Origin: Thermoplasmatota archaeon
Lineage (GTDB): Archaea > Thermoplasmatota > E2 > JACPAO01 > JAHFTW01
Assembly (NCBI GenBank): GCA_038046725.1
Contig: JBBSVQ010000001.1
Location: 187,780 to 251,779 of the forward strand
Direction of reading: 5' to 3'
Length of the DNA: 64,000 bases
Of the stretch, positions 9,707 to 19,223 are shown piece by piece. Under the pieces are notes generated by a model. That model worked only from the letters and a program-made list of their open reading frames with translations. It made no database searches and had not been told where the DNA came from. Numbering within the stretch: the first letter of the stretch is position 1; each line of letters starts with the position of its first letter. The position numbers and the translations under genes are program-made.

Positions 9707-10288
9707 GTGGGCAACGAGCTGACCGGCATCCTCTCGGGCACCGGGGCGAAGATGAAGGGCGAGGTCATGGACGACCACGTCGTCTTCCGCGGCGCCGTCA
9801 AGGCCGAGGTGCCGTTCGAGGACATCGTCGCCGAGGCGCGCGGGACCCTCCTCATCCTGTCCTTCGGCGGGCACACGGTCGAACTCGGGGCCGGCGCCCG
9901 CGCCAGCCAACTCGCGAGCAAGGTCCGCAGCCCACCCAGCCGCCTCGACCGCCTCGGCATCGAGTACGGCACGTCCGCCGCCACCGCAGGGCCCGTCGAT
10001 GCGCACTTCAAATCGGAGTTGGGCGCACGCGCAGTTGTGGCCCCCGGCGTGCCGAAGGAACCGGTCGACGCCCTGTTCTTCGCCGTGGCCGCCGCAGCAC
10101 AACTCGCCCCCTTGGCCAAGCTTGCGCCACTCGTCAAACCCGGGGGCACCCTGTGGCTGGTGGCCACGCGCGGCGCAATGCCGGACTCGCAGGTGGCAGC
10201 CGCCGCGAAGGCCGCCGGACTCAAGGTCGGCGCGTCGGTGCGCTTCTCGCCGACGCAAGTCGCGACGCGGTTGACGCACGCCGCCTAG
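9707..10288 (+). CDS. Hypothetical protein (C-terminal DUF3052-like region)
   Basis: PPSRLDRLGI...LVKPGGTLWLV...AAKAAGL...RFSPT pattern and coherent codon usage. Confidence 0.6.
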   Translation: MGNELTGILSGTGAKMKGEVMDDHVVFRGAVKAEVPFEDIVAEARGTLLILSFGGHTVELGAGARASQLASKVRSPPSRLDRLGIEYGTSAATAGPVDAHFKSELGARAVVAPGVPKEPVDALFFAVAAAAQLAPLAKLAPLVKPGGTLWLVATRGAMPDSQVAAAAKAAGLKVGASVRFSPTQVATRLTHAA

Positions 10289-11160
10289 GTCCGCAGGCTC
10301 GGCGACCAGGAGAGAATGGAATCCATTGCCGTCTCTTCGCCCGGCGTGAGCACGACGTTGGGCGCAAGCAAGTCCTGCGCCATGTGCTCGGCCGATGTCG
10401 TGCCCGTCAGCACGTGCAGCCCCCTGGCAAGGCAGTAGGCGAAGACGACTTGCGGCGGCGTCGCGGCGAGCCGGGCGGCGGCCTGCAACACGACGGGATG
10501 ACCCACGAGGCGGTGCCCGGTGAGCAAGGAAAATCCCTGATACAGAATCCCGTGGCGCGTACAGGATTCGCGCACGGCTGCGTCGGCGTGCGGCCGCGTG
10601 AAGCAGCGGTTCTGGACGATGGCTGGTGGAACCTTGGCGATGGCGACGAGTTCGTCGAGTTGGTCCGCCGAGACGTTGGATACCCCAAGCAACCGGGTTG
10701 AGCCTGCGCGGTGCAGGTCCTCCATCGCCGCCCACGCCTCGAGGTCGTCCTCCCCCCATCCAAGCGGGACCGACGGGCCATGCAGGAGGTATGCGTCAAG
10801 CGTCTCGACGCCAAGATGCTCGAGGGAGCTGGCGAAGGATTGCTCAACTTGCCTCGCCATTGGCGCCCCGGCGTCGTACGGCAGGCGGTGGTCCTGGCCT
10901 GCGGGGTGCGTGAACTTCGTCTGCAGGAACAGGTTGCCCCGGGCAAGGGCACCGCTGCGAATCTGCGCCTGAACAGCCTCGCCGACGGCGGCTTCGTGGT
11001 AGTGTTTGCGTTGGTTGGCCGTGTCGATGCCGCGGAATCCCGCCTGCAACGCAGCCGTGACCAGGCGAGCAGTCTGCGCCTCCTTCCAAGCCGTCCCGTA
11101 GAGGAGTCGGGGCACGGCGACGGGTCCACCGGCGACGTTCGGGGTTGCGGGCACGGTCAT
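10285..11160 (-). CDS. Aldo/keto reductase
   Basis: YGTAWK, GFRGIDTAN, FLQTKF, SLEHLGVETLDAYLLHGP, LGVSN. Confidence 0.9.
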   Translation of the reverse strand: MTVPATPNVAGGPVAVPRLLYGTAWKEAQTARLVTAALQAGFRGIDTANQRKHYHEAAVGEAVQAQIRSGALARGNLFLQTKFTHPAGQDHRLPYDAGAPMARQVEQSFASSLEHLGVETLDAYLLHGPSVPLGWGEDDLEAWAAMEDLHRAGSTRLLGVSNVSADQLDELVAIAKVPPAIVQNRCFTRPHADAAVRESCTRHGILYQGFSLLTGHRLVGHPVVLQAAARLAATPPQVVFAYCLARGLHVLTGTTSAEHMAQDLLAPNVVLTPGEETAMDSILSWSPSLRT

Positions 11161-11185
11161 GCATCCTGGAGCGGCTTGAAGACCC

Positions 11186-11560
11186 CTATCCAGGGCCGGG
11201 CCATTCATTGCGCAACGGGTCGCCCTCGTCCAGCGTGGGAATCTCGCGGGCGCCGCACAACCGGGCATGCCGGCGCCACGCCGGCCCATGGTCCTCGTCC
11301 TCGTCGAAGAGCAAGGCCGCGGCATGCGCGACCTCGTGCCGGATGGTCTCGATCAGCAAGTCGCCGCGCACGTGCCGCGACAACAGAAACGGCCGCAACT
11401 CGCGCCACGGCCCGGCCCCAATCGTGTTCGTTGCCGCGAACAAGTCATGGCGGTCAACGAGGTCCACGCCAGGAAACGGGGGGAGGGCGCCGGCATACAC
11501 CTCCCGGTTGATGCGGTCATACTCCGCCTGGAACGCAGGGACGGCGTCGGACACAGACAT
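11186..11560 (-). CDS. SprT-like zinc metalloprotease domain protein
   Basis: TIRHEVAH (HExxH) followed by HGPAWR, plus N-terminal YDRINREVY.G.LP. Confidence 0.8.
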   Translation of the reverse strand: MSVSDAVPAFQAEYDRINREVYAGALPPFPGVDLVDRHDLFAATNTIGAGPWRELRPFLLSRHVRGDLLIETIRHEVAHAAALLFDEDEDHGPAWRRHARLCGAREIPTLDEGDPLRNEWPGPG

Positions 11561-11672
11561 TATTCCTGGGCCGCCAGAAGGTCGGCATCACGGGGAATCT
11601 GGCGCATGAGGTCGGGTAAGACGTGCGGGGCTTCTTGTTTTTGGTGGCCAGCGTGCCTGCCGGGCTCCCGAC

Positions 11673-12617
11673 ATGGACGGCAGCTTCACGACCCCCGCGG
11701 CAGCTCCCCGACCGTTGGGAATCGCCGCCCTCCGGAAGATTCTCCCGCCCGCACCATTCGACGTTGCGGCCCTGCGCGGCAAGACCGTCGCCGTGGATGC
11801 GGACAACCTCGTGTGGTCCTTCGTCACGGCGCTCGCGGGGGCCGGTGAACTCCCGAAGGCGCCGGACGGGCGTTCGAATGCGCACCTGCTGGGCCTCCTG
11901 TCACGGCTTTCGCTTTACACGAAGTGGGGGGCCAGGAGCGTCTGGGTCTTCGACGGCGTGCAGCCGGATCTGAAGGCGGCCACCCTCATCGAACGAGGAG
12001 AACGCATCGAAGCGGCCCGCGTGGCTGGGGACAACTACCAAGCCTCGGTGGCCGTCGACGAGGACGACCTCGAGGAATGCAAGCGACTTCTCACGCACCT
12101 CGGCATGCCGTGGATCGAGGCGCCTGGCGAATCCGACGCGCAATGCGCCCAACTCGTGCAAGCCAGGCATGCCTGGGCCGCCGTGACGCAAGACTGGGAC
12201 ATCGCGCTCTTCGGGGCGCCACGCGCGCTGCGCAATCTCACGCTCAGCAAGACGCGCCAGCCGGAGATTCTCGACCTCGGGGCCGCGCTTGCGACGGCGG
12301 GCCTGACGCGCGAGCAACTCGTGGACTGCGCCATCCTGATTGGCACCGACTACAATGAAGGCATCGCGGGCGTTGGACCCGTAAAGGCCGTGAAGCTCCT
12401 CAAGCAATGCGGCAATCTCGAGGGAGCCCTTGCCCGACTTGGCGCGAAGTTGCCGCAGGCATCCGAGATTCGCGCGCTCTATTTCGCGCACCCCGTGGAC
12501 AAGCGCTTCGTTCCGCAGTGGAAGTCGCCCGATGCAGAGGCCACGATGGACTTCCTTCGCAGCCGCGGCGTTCCCCAGCAACGCGGTCAGGACTTGCTCA
12601 ACGCACTCGATCCTTAA
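11673..12617 (+). CDS. Flap endonuclease-1 (FEN-1/XPG) family nuclease, divergent
   Basis: GKTVAVDADN, WVFDG, APGESDAQCA, TQDWD.ALFGAP, LIGTDYNEGIAGVGPVKA (H3TH). No C-terminal PIP box. Confidence 0.85.
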   Translation: MDGSFTTPAAAPRPLGIAALRKILPPAPFDVAALRGKTVAVDADNLVWSFVTALAGAGELPKAPDGRSNAHLLGLLSRLSLYTKWGARSVWVFDGVQPDLKAATLIERGERIEAARVAGDNYQASVAVDEDDLEECKRLLTHLGMPWIEAPGESDAQCAQLVQARHAWAAVTQDWDIALFGAPRALRNLTLSKTRQPEILDLGAALATAGLTREQLVDCAILIGTDYNEGIAGVGPVKAVKLLKQCGNLEGALARLGAKLPQASEIRALYFAHPVDKRFVPQWKSPDAEATMDFLRSRGVPQQRGQDLLNALDP

Positions 12618-12677
12618 GGCACAGCCAGGCCCGCCTCGAGGACCAAGCTTTACGGCACGCCGGCCAATGCCCTTCCC

Positions 12678-13814
12678 ATGGCCAAGGCCCTCGTCCTCGG
12701 CGCCGGATTCGGCGGCATCTCGGCAGCCCTGGAACTGCGGCGCCTCCTTCCCAACCTCGACGTCACTCTCATCGACGAGGGCAGCACGTTCCGCATGGGA
12801 TTGGGAAACCTGTGGGTCCTCGATGGCCGTCGCCAAGTCGGCGAGGGCCAACGCCCCCTGACGGCCCTTCGCGACCGCGGCATCCAAGTCAAGCGTGGCC
12901 GCGTCGAAGCCATCAACGCCGCCGAACGCACGGTGACCGTGGACGGTGCCCAACTAGGCGCCGACGGAATCATCCTCGCGTTGGGAGCTCGGCTAGCCCC
13001 GGAGGCAACGCCCGGATTCGCAGCCGCGCACAACCTGTACGACGAATCCGGCGCCGCCGCATTCAACAAGGCCCTGCAGGGCTTCGCGGGCGGACGCATC
13101 CTGATCCAGGTGTGCGCCCTTCCATTCAAGTGCCCCCCGGCGCCCTACGAGGCCGCCCTGCTTGTGGCCGACCTTCTGCGCAAACGCGGCATCAAGGCCG
13201 AAATCCATTTGGCAACCCCGGAACCCCATCCCTTGCCCGTCGCCCCACCCGAGGTCGGCGCGAGACTTCTGCCATTGCTCGAAGCAGCTGGAATCCGATA
13301 CCACCCTGGCTGCAAACCCGTGCGCTTCACCGATGGAACCGTCGAGTGGGAAAACGGGCAATCCCTCGCATTCGACCTCGCGGCCGGCGTTCCCACGCAT
13401 CAAGCCCCAGCCGTCATCGCCACAAGCGGACTGGCCGGACCCTCGGGATTCGTTCCAGTCGATGCCGCGAGCCTGCGCACCAAAGTGCCCCGCGTGTACG
13501 CCGTCGGCGACGTGGCGGCGGTTCCACTTCCCAACGGAAAGGCAGCACCAAAGGCCGGCGTCCTAGCCGAATCCCAAGGCCGCGCCGCAGCAACCCACCT
13601 CGCCCAAGACCTGCAAGCACGCGGCGACCCCATCGCCTTCGACGGGCGCGGCACGTGCTTCATCGAGCTCGGCAACGGACAAGCCATGCCCGCTGCGGGA
13701 GACTTCTTCGCAATGCCGCACCCCAAGTTTTCCTTCAAGCCGCCGTCGACGCAAGGGTTGCAAGACAAACAGCGGTTCGAATCCGACCGCCTGGCATCCT
13801 GGTTTCCCGCGTAG
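12678..13814 (+). CDS. FAD-dependent oxidoreductase, sulfide:quinone oxidoreductase-like
   Basis: VLGAGFGG, FKCPPAPYE, VYAVGDVA, PKAG..AE, TCFIE. Confidence 0.85.
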   Translation: MAKALVLGAGFGGISAALELRRLLPNLDVTLIDEGSTFRMGLGNLWVLDGRRQVGEGQRPLTALRDRGIQVKRGRVEAINAAERTVTVDGAQLGADGIILALGARLAPEATPGFAAAHNLYDESGAAAFNKALQGFAGGRILIQVCALPFKCPPAPYEAALLVADLLRKRGIKAEIHLATPEPHPLPVAPPEVGARLLPLLEAAGIRYHPGCKPVRFTDGTVEWENGQSLAFDLAAGVPTHQAPAVIATSGLAGPSGFVPVDAASLRTKVPRVYAVGDVAAVPLPNGKAAPKAGVLAESQGRAAATHLAQDLQARGDPIAFDGRGTCFIELGNGQAMPAAGDFFAMPHPKFSFKPPSTQGLQDKQRFESDRLASWFPA

Positions 13815-13883
13815 AATCGGCGACGACCTTGTGCGCCGCGCGCGAGGTGCCGTCAGCAGTTCAACGGGAATTGCGTGGATGCC

Positions 13884-14333
13884 CTACTTGGCTCGCTTTG
13901 GCTTGGCCTCTGCGGCGGATGAATTGAGTGCGACCGCGGCCCGGATTAGCGCCTTGAAGGCCGCCGCGTCGACCGTCGCCCCCGCATGGACGTCGATTGC
14001 GCGCCTCGTGGCCCCGGTGTCGGCGGCGTTGAAGAGACGCGCCGGATCCTCGAGTGCCGCCCCTTGTGCGAACGTGAACTTCACCTTGTCCTTGTAGGTC
14101 TCCCCGGTGCAGAGGATGCCGTCATGCGACCACACCGGAACCCCCGCCATTGCATTCGACGGCTTCCTCCACTTGATTTCCTCGAGGACGTCCGGGTCCG
14201 CCTCATGAATCAGGTTGCGCATCCGCTGCAAGACGTCCACGCGCCAATCCCCCACGGTTGCGCTCCTTTTTCCGGACGCCTTCTTCGCGGCCGACGTCTT
14301 GGCAGATTTCTTCGCCGACTTGGCCGCAGCCAT
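13884..14333 (-). CDS. DUF1801 (YdhG-like) protein
   Basis: DWR...RNLIHEADPDVLEEIKW, GVPVWSHDGILCTGETYKDKVKFTF, RRAID. Confidence 0.9.
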   Translation of the reverse strand: MAAAKSAKKSAKTSAAKKASGKRSATVGDWRVDVLQRMRNLIHEADPDVLEEIKWRKPSNAMAGVPVWSHDGILCTGETYKDKVKFTFAQGAALEDPARLFNAADTGATRRAIDVHAGATVDAAAFKALIRAAVALNSSAAEAKPKRAK

Positions 14334-14407
14334 GCCGGAGCCATTCGGCACCGATGCTTAATCGGTTTCGTCCGTTGACCACCATCCCGGCCCCCGGGAT
14401 GCATCGC

Positions 14408-14521
14408 CTACGACTTGCCCCAGCCCGGCATCGCAGCCGCCTGCCGAATCCACGCCACCATCTGAGCCTCATCGAAGTCGTCCTCGTGCACGTCGAGCCA
14501 GCGCGCGTCCTTCCCCGACGA
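14408..14521 (-). pseudogene. C-terminal remnant of a second DUF1801-type gene
   Basis: KDARWLDVHEDDFDEAQMVAWIRQAAAMPGW* is the typical C-terminus of this family. The N-terminus is missing. Confidence 0.65.
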
Positions 14522-14765
14522 CCATGCCGGCCATCGCAACAACCACTCGGCGCCGATCCTGGACCCGCAACAGCAGCGCCAGCGCAGGCAACTGCACGAC
14601 CTGTGCAAGGAACGGCATCGCCGCCAACAGGCCCAATTGCAGGTTGAATGCCCCAGTGAATACGGCCAGGCCAGCAAGGAAAGCACCTCCGGTCAAGCTG
14701 TCCATCAGGCGCGACAGGACCGCATCCCAATTCAGTGGACGGCGTGGATCGAGGGCCAGAGTCAA
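14522..14765 (-). pseudogene. N-terminal remnant of an MFS transporter
   Basis: MDSLTGGAFLAGLAVFTGAFNLQLGLLAAMPFLAQVVQLP...RRRVVV resembles MFS TM1-3. It breaks off after about 80 codons. Confidence 0.65.
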
Positions 14766-14771
14766 CTCCAG

Positions 14772-16112
14772 CTAGTGGCTCCGATAGCCCTCGATGGCCT
14801 CGTCCAGGATGCCTCGAATGGTGGGATTGACTCGGCTTGCCGTGAAGTTGGGCAAGGTGATGCGGCCGGCTTCGCCCATGCGTTCGGCGGCCGTGCGGTC
14901 GGTGAGGATGACCCGCATGGCCTCCGCCAGGCTTTCCTCCTTCCCGGCCTCGAACAGGAGACCATTGTTTCCATGAACGACGATTTCCGCTGCCCCACAG
15001 CCCGTGGAGACGATGGGAACGCGGCCGTAGCGCCAAGCCTCCAACGGCGTCAGGCCGAAGCCTTCGATATCGCTGGTCAAAAGGACGGCTTCCGCTCGTG
15101 CATAGGCAGCCGCGAGCAGGCCGTCGGGAATCCAATGGGCGAAGCGGACCGCATTGGTGACCTCGAGTTCGGCGACAATCCATTGCAGTTTTTCGCGCCA
15201 TTCGGCCGACTTGCCTTTGCCTTGATGGCCACCGAGTTTCCCGGAGAATGATCCATTCCCGACGAGGACCAACCGCGTGTTGGGATCTTCTTTGTGGATG
15301 CGGGCGAAGGCGCGAATGGCTAGGTCCTGGCGTTTCATGGGATCCATGCGCGCCACGAGCAGGAAGACGCGCGTGTCCGGCTTCAGGTTCCACTCGGCTT
15401 CCAAAGCCGCAATCTTGGTCGGGCTGGTGTCTGGCCAATCGTCCGGGTTGATGTGCGGATACACTTGGCGGACTTTGCCGTGGAATCCGGCGTCGACGAA
15501 CCCCTGCAGGTCACGTCGCGTGCTGACCATGACGGCGTCGAAGTCCTCCATGACGCGCAGCATCCAGTGCCGCGTGTAGGCCGGGATGAGTTGCGGGTTG
15601 AAGGGGACGTGCCAGCGCATCACGCAAGGCGCTGCCAGGCCAAGCAAGGCGCCGACTTGCAGGAGCTGGAAGTCATGGATGTAGGCGACGTCCAGGTCGC
15701 CAGCGTGTTCCAGCAACGCATCGGCCGTGCGGGCGTTGTATCGCGTGTATTGGCGGAAGTCGTCGCCGCTGAAGCGTTGGCTGGGCAGGCCGTGGATGTC
15801 GTTCCACAATTTCTCTTTGCTTCTGCCGTACGCTTGCAGTTCCTCGCTGGGCATGTCGATGTGCCGCAACTGGATGCTGCCGCCGTCGAGGTCGACCTGG
15901 GCCGGCGCGCCGGGTTGGAGGCTGTACCAGTACGCCTGCTTCATCCAGCCCTGATTGCGCAGGTTCTGAAGGGTGGGCAGGACCATGCGGCAGACCCCGC
16001 CTGGGCTCAACCGATGATTCGGCAGGTCCGGGCCGGCAGGTCCCCCTTGGCCTTCGCCGTCGAAGCGGAAAAGGGGCGTCTGGGTGCTGACGAGAATCGT
16101 GTGCTGCCCCAT
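14772..16112 (-). CDS. GT4 glycosyltransferase (trehalose synthase TreT-like)
   Basis: PGGV, YIHDFQ, RWHVPF, VARMDPMK, EGFGLTPLEAW. Confidence 0.85.
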   Translation of the reverse strand: MGQHTILVSTQTPLFRFDGEGQGGPAGPDLPNHRLSPGGVCRMVLPTLQNLRNQGWMKQAYWYSLQPGAPAQVDLDGGSIQLRHIDMPSEELQAYGRSKEKLWNDIHGLPSQRFSGDDFRQYTRYNARTADALLEHAGDLDVAYIHDFQLLQVGALLGLAAPCVMRWHVPFNPQLIPAYTRHWMLRVMEDFDAVMVSTRRDLQGFVDAGFHGKVRQVYPHINPDDWPDTSPTKIAALEAEWNLKPDTRVFLLVARMDPMKRQDLAIRAFARIHKEDPNTRLVLVGNGSFSGKLGGHQGKGKSAEWREKLQWIVAELEVTNAVRFAHWIPDGLLAAAYARAEAVLLTSDIEGFGLTPLEAWRYGRVPIVSTGCGAAEIVVHGNNGLLFEAGKEESLAEAMRVILTDRTAAERMGEAGRITLPNFTASRVNPTIRGILDEAIEGYRSH

Positions 16113-16116
16113 GGCT

Positions 16117-16830
16117 TCACGCAGCCGCTGCGGGAACGGGGTTTGGCGTTCGCCAGTCGCCTTTGAGCAACCGGCGGACCGCGTCGATCACCGCGCCAGG
16201 GCCAGGCGCCTCAAGGACCTCATCCGCGCATTCCTTGAGCGAAGGAACCGCATTGGCCACGGCGAGTGCCACGTGGGCGCGGTCGAACAAGGCGACGTCG
16301 TTCTCGCCGTCGCCGATGGCCACCACGTGTGCACCGCGAATCCCAAGGCTGCCCAAGGCCCCGTCGAGTCCAATGCCTTTGTCGAGACCGGGCGGCAGCA
16401 CGTCGACTCGGTCCACGTTGAGTTGGATGGAGCAGTCGCTTGCTTGCTGTCGAATGACGTCCAGGTCGTTGATGGAAGCGCTGAAGGAGGTCGAGCGGCG
16501 CTCGATGGCCACGCCCGCTTCCGCGACGCGTTCCGCCGCCTTCAGGACGATGTCCGCGTTGCTGGGCCGCAGCAGCGTCGACCAAGACCCCCAGACAGCG
16601 CCGCCCTCCAAGACGAAGGCATCAAACACCTCGGCCAGGGGGGAAAATCGTTCCAGGTCCGCTTTGGAGCGTCCAGTGACCAGGATGCACCTGAACCCAG
16701 CCTTGCGGAGCTCCCCAACGGCAAACAGCGCCTCTGGATCAGGAATGAAGTCATCGCCGGTCAAGGTGCGGTCGCAGTCGACGGCGAAGGCAATCATGTG
16801 GTTGGGTTTGGCCGCTGGTTCGTCTGTCAT
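16117..16830 (-). CDS. HAD-superfamily hydrolase (Cof/phosphoglycolate phosphatase-like)
   Basis: DCDRTL, VTGR, DKG, IGDGEND, VANA. Confidence 0.88.
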   Translation of the reverse strand: MTDEPAAKPNHMIAFAVDCDRTLTGDDFIPDPEALFAVGELRKAGFRCILVTGRSKADLERFSPLAEVFDAFVLEGGAVWGSWSTLLRPSNADIVLKAAERVAEAGVAIERRSTSFSASINDLDVIRQQASDCSIQLNVDRVDVLPPGLDKGIGLDGALGSLGIRGAHVVAIGDGENDVALFDRAHVALAVANAVPSLKECADEVLEAPGPGAVIDAVRRLLKGDWRTPNPVPAAAA

Positions 16831-16868
16831 GGTTTTCCTGGTGGGGGCGAGGGGAGTAAAGGGGGTGC

Positions 16869-17102
16869 TCAGAACTTGGTCCCGGTCAGCGTCTTCGCGT
16901 CGGTCACGCTGGGGACGGCCCGAATCTTTTCCTCGACAAGGCGCCCCAGCTTGTCGAATGAGTTTGCCTCGAGCTTGGCGATGAGGTCGAATTCCCCGAA
17001 GAGTGGCACCAGTTCCGTGATCTCGGGGACCTTCAGGAGTTGATTGTAGACCTCGCGGTCCTTTCCTGGTTCGGTGCTGATGAGGACGAAGCCGAGGGTC
17101 AC
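16869..17102 (-). CDS. Stand-alone Lrp/AsnC ligand-binding domain protein
   Basis: GFVLISTEPGK...LFGEFDLIAKLEA...IRAVPSVTDAKTL. The GTG start overlaps the upstream stop. Confidence 0.88.
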   Translation of the reverse strand: MTLGFVLISTEPGKDREVYNQLLKVPEITELVPLFGEFDLIAKLEANSFDKLGRLVEEKIRAVPSVTDAKTLTGTKF

Positions 17103-17296
17103 GAGGGCACGCTCCTCTTCATGTTGTGTCGTGAGACCCAGGCCAAGCCGCCAAGGGCCAGGCAGGTTGCCGCGATGGCCAAGAGGTCGAATCGGGTGGT
17201 CCGGACGCCTTCGATGACGAGCAACAGGATGGCGGTGCTGAAGGACGCAAGGCCGGCAACGAGTCGCCAATGCACGTCTGCCCACATTCGGGTCAA
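17099..17296 (-). CDS. Small two-helix membrane protein
   Basis: 65 aa, with 4-bp start/stop overlaps with both neighbours. Confidence 0.55.
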   Translation of the reverse strand: MTRMWADVHWRLVAGLASFSTAILLLVIEGVRTTRFDLLAIAATCLALGGLAWVSRHNMKRSVPS

Positions 17297-18948
17297 GCCG
17301 ACGCCTGGGTGCGGGCCGATTCAACTTCGGGCCGGCGCTCAAGCAAGGGACCTGGGACGCCTTCGCGCATGAGGACCTGGTAGAGGTCCTTGCGCCGATC
17401 CTGCAGCTGCCGCACGCTCCCGGTACGTTGGTTGCGGCGCAGCACTTCGAGGTCGAGATCAGCCATGACGACGGTCTCGACGTTCGGGTTGGCTTCGGCC
17501 GCGATGCCATCGCGGGGGAAGGCGAAGTCGCTGGGCGTCAGAATGGCGCTTTGCGCGTACTGGACGTCCATGTTCTCCACCTCAGGTAGGTTTCCCACGG
17601 TGCCGGCGGTGACGACGTAGACCTGGTTCTCCACGGCTCGCGCCTGGGCGCAGTACCGAACACGCAGGTGCCCCTGCCGGTCTTCGGTGCAGTAAGGCAC
17701 AAAAAGGATCTTCGCGCCGCGTTCCACGGCGACGCGCGCCATCTCTGGGAATTCCACGTCGTAGCAGACCAGGATTGCGATCTTCCCTTCGTCGGTGTCC
17801 AGGATGCGGAGGCCGTCGCCGGGTTCGATGCCCCACCAGCGCCGCTCGTTTGGAGTGATGTGCAGCTTGGCTTGGCCGTCGATGGTGCCGTCTCGACGGA
17901 AGAGGAAGCTGATGTTGCGCAGGCGGCCCTGCTCTTCCACGACGTGGCTTCCGGCGATGATGTTGACGTTGTACTTCACGGCCAGGTCACGGAAATGCTC
18001 GAGGTATTGCGTCGTGTAGGTGGACAAGTGGCGGATGGCCTTGCCGGGGTCACGCTCAGGCGTGATGCTGAGCAGCTGCGTCGTCAGGAGTTCGGGGAAG
18101 ACCGCGAAGTCGGCCTTGTTGTCCGAGGCGACATCGACGAAATAGGCGGTCTGGCGGCGGAAGTCCTCGAAGGACTCCAGTTTGCGCATCTGGTACTGGA
18201 TGACGGCGATGCGCACCGGGTGGCTTGACTTGAGAGCCCTGCCGGGCGTGACACGGTAGTCGATGTTGCTCCACTCCATGAGCACGGCGTGACCCAGGGA
18301 GTCCTTGTCGCTTGGGAGGTAATTGTGCAGGACGTGCTGCGGCACGAAGCCGTTGCGGAGCTGGAACCAGAGGACCGGGTCGTCGACTTCATTGCGCGTG
18401 ACGGCCTCGACGTAATCCGCGGCATCCATCTTGTCGGCGTGCTTGTGGTAGCCGGGCATGCGGCCGGCGATGAGCATGCGTTTCAATCCCAGGCGCTGGC
18501 AGAGCTGCTTCCGTGCCTCGTAGAGGCGTGCCCCGATCTTCATGCTGCGATAGTCGGGGTGGACCATGACCTCGATGCCGTAGAGGTCCTTGCCGTCCGG
18601 GTCGTGGTTCCGGATGGTGCCCTCGCCGCTGATGTCCTTGAATGAATGGTTCTCCTCGTAGGCGTCGAAGTCCAGGATGAGGCTGCTGGCGCTTCCCACG
18701 ACCTTGCCGTCGACTTCGACGACCATCTGCCCTTCCGGGAAGTACGCGATGTGGCTTGCCAGTTGCGCCTTCGACCACGGCTTCATCCCTGGGAAACAGG
18801 CCTGCTGCATCGCGATGATCCGGTCAAAATCCGCTTCCACCATCTGGCGGACCGTGATGGGTTTCTCGAAGCTAGCGAGATCGAGGCCTGGCGGGGCTGT
18901 GCCCGCGTTTGCATCCGTCATCTGAGTGGCCACCTCGGGAACCATCAT
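17293..18948 (-). CDS. Bifunctional GNAT acetyltransferase / carbon-nitrogen hydrolase
   Basis: N-terminal GNAT (FPEGQ, VHPDYR..KIGARLY) and a nitrilase triad (FPE, KLH, CYDVEFPE). Confidence 0.92.
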   Translation of the reverse strand: MMVPEVATQMTDANAGTAPPGLDLASFEKPITVRQMVEADFDRIIAMQQACFPGMKPWSKAQLASHIAYFPEGQMVVEVDGKVVGSASSLILDFDAYEENHSFKDISGEGTIRNHDPDGKDLYGIEVMVHPDYRSMKIGARLYEARKQLCQRLGLKRMLIAGRMPGYHKHADKMDAADYVEAVTRNEVDDPVLWFQLRNGFVPQHVLHNYLPSDKDSLGHAVLMEWSNIDYRVTPGRALKSSHPVRIAVIQYQMRKLESFEDFRRQTAYFVDVASDNKADFAVFPELLTTQLLSITPERDPGKAIRHLSTYTTQYLEHFRDLAVKYNVNIIAGSHVVEEQGRLRNISFLFRRDGTIDGQAKLHITPNERRWWGIEPGDGLRILDTDEGKIAILVCYDVEFPEMARVAVERGAKILFVPYCTEDRQGHLRVRYCAQARAVENQVYVVTAGTVGNLPEVENMDVQYAQSAILTPSDFAFPRDGIAAEANPNVETVVMADLDLEVLRRNQRTGSVRQLQDRRKDLYQVLMREGVPGPLLERRPEVESARTQASA

Positions 18949-19223
18949 ATCCGTAGCAGGTGGACATGTTCGACAATCCCCACGATTGCCGATGTACCCG
19001 ACGCCCATCGACGGTCGAATTGCGAGTGAACACGATTATTCCGGGTTGCTCGCCGCGCTCATGGTTAGGGTTTCGCTGCGGGCCGGGTGGGCTGCCGGAA
19101 CATCAAGCGCCCGAGGCGCATCCATAGGTTCCTCCGGAGGTCTGAGGCCGCATGGAACGGTGTTGGGCCCTCGCCGCGCTGAAAGACCGTCGCAAATGAA
19201 TACGGGCGCGCACTGGCCACTGC

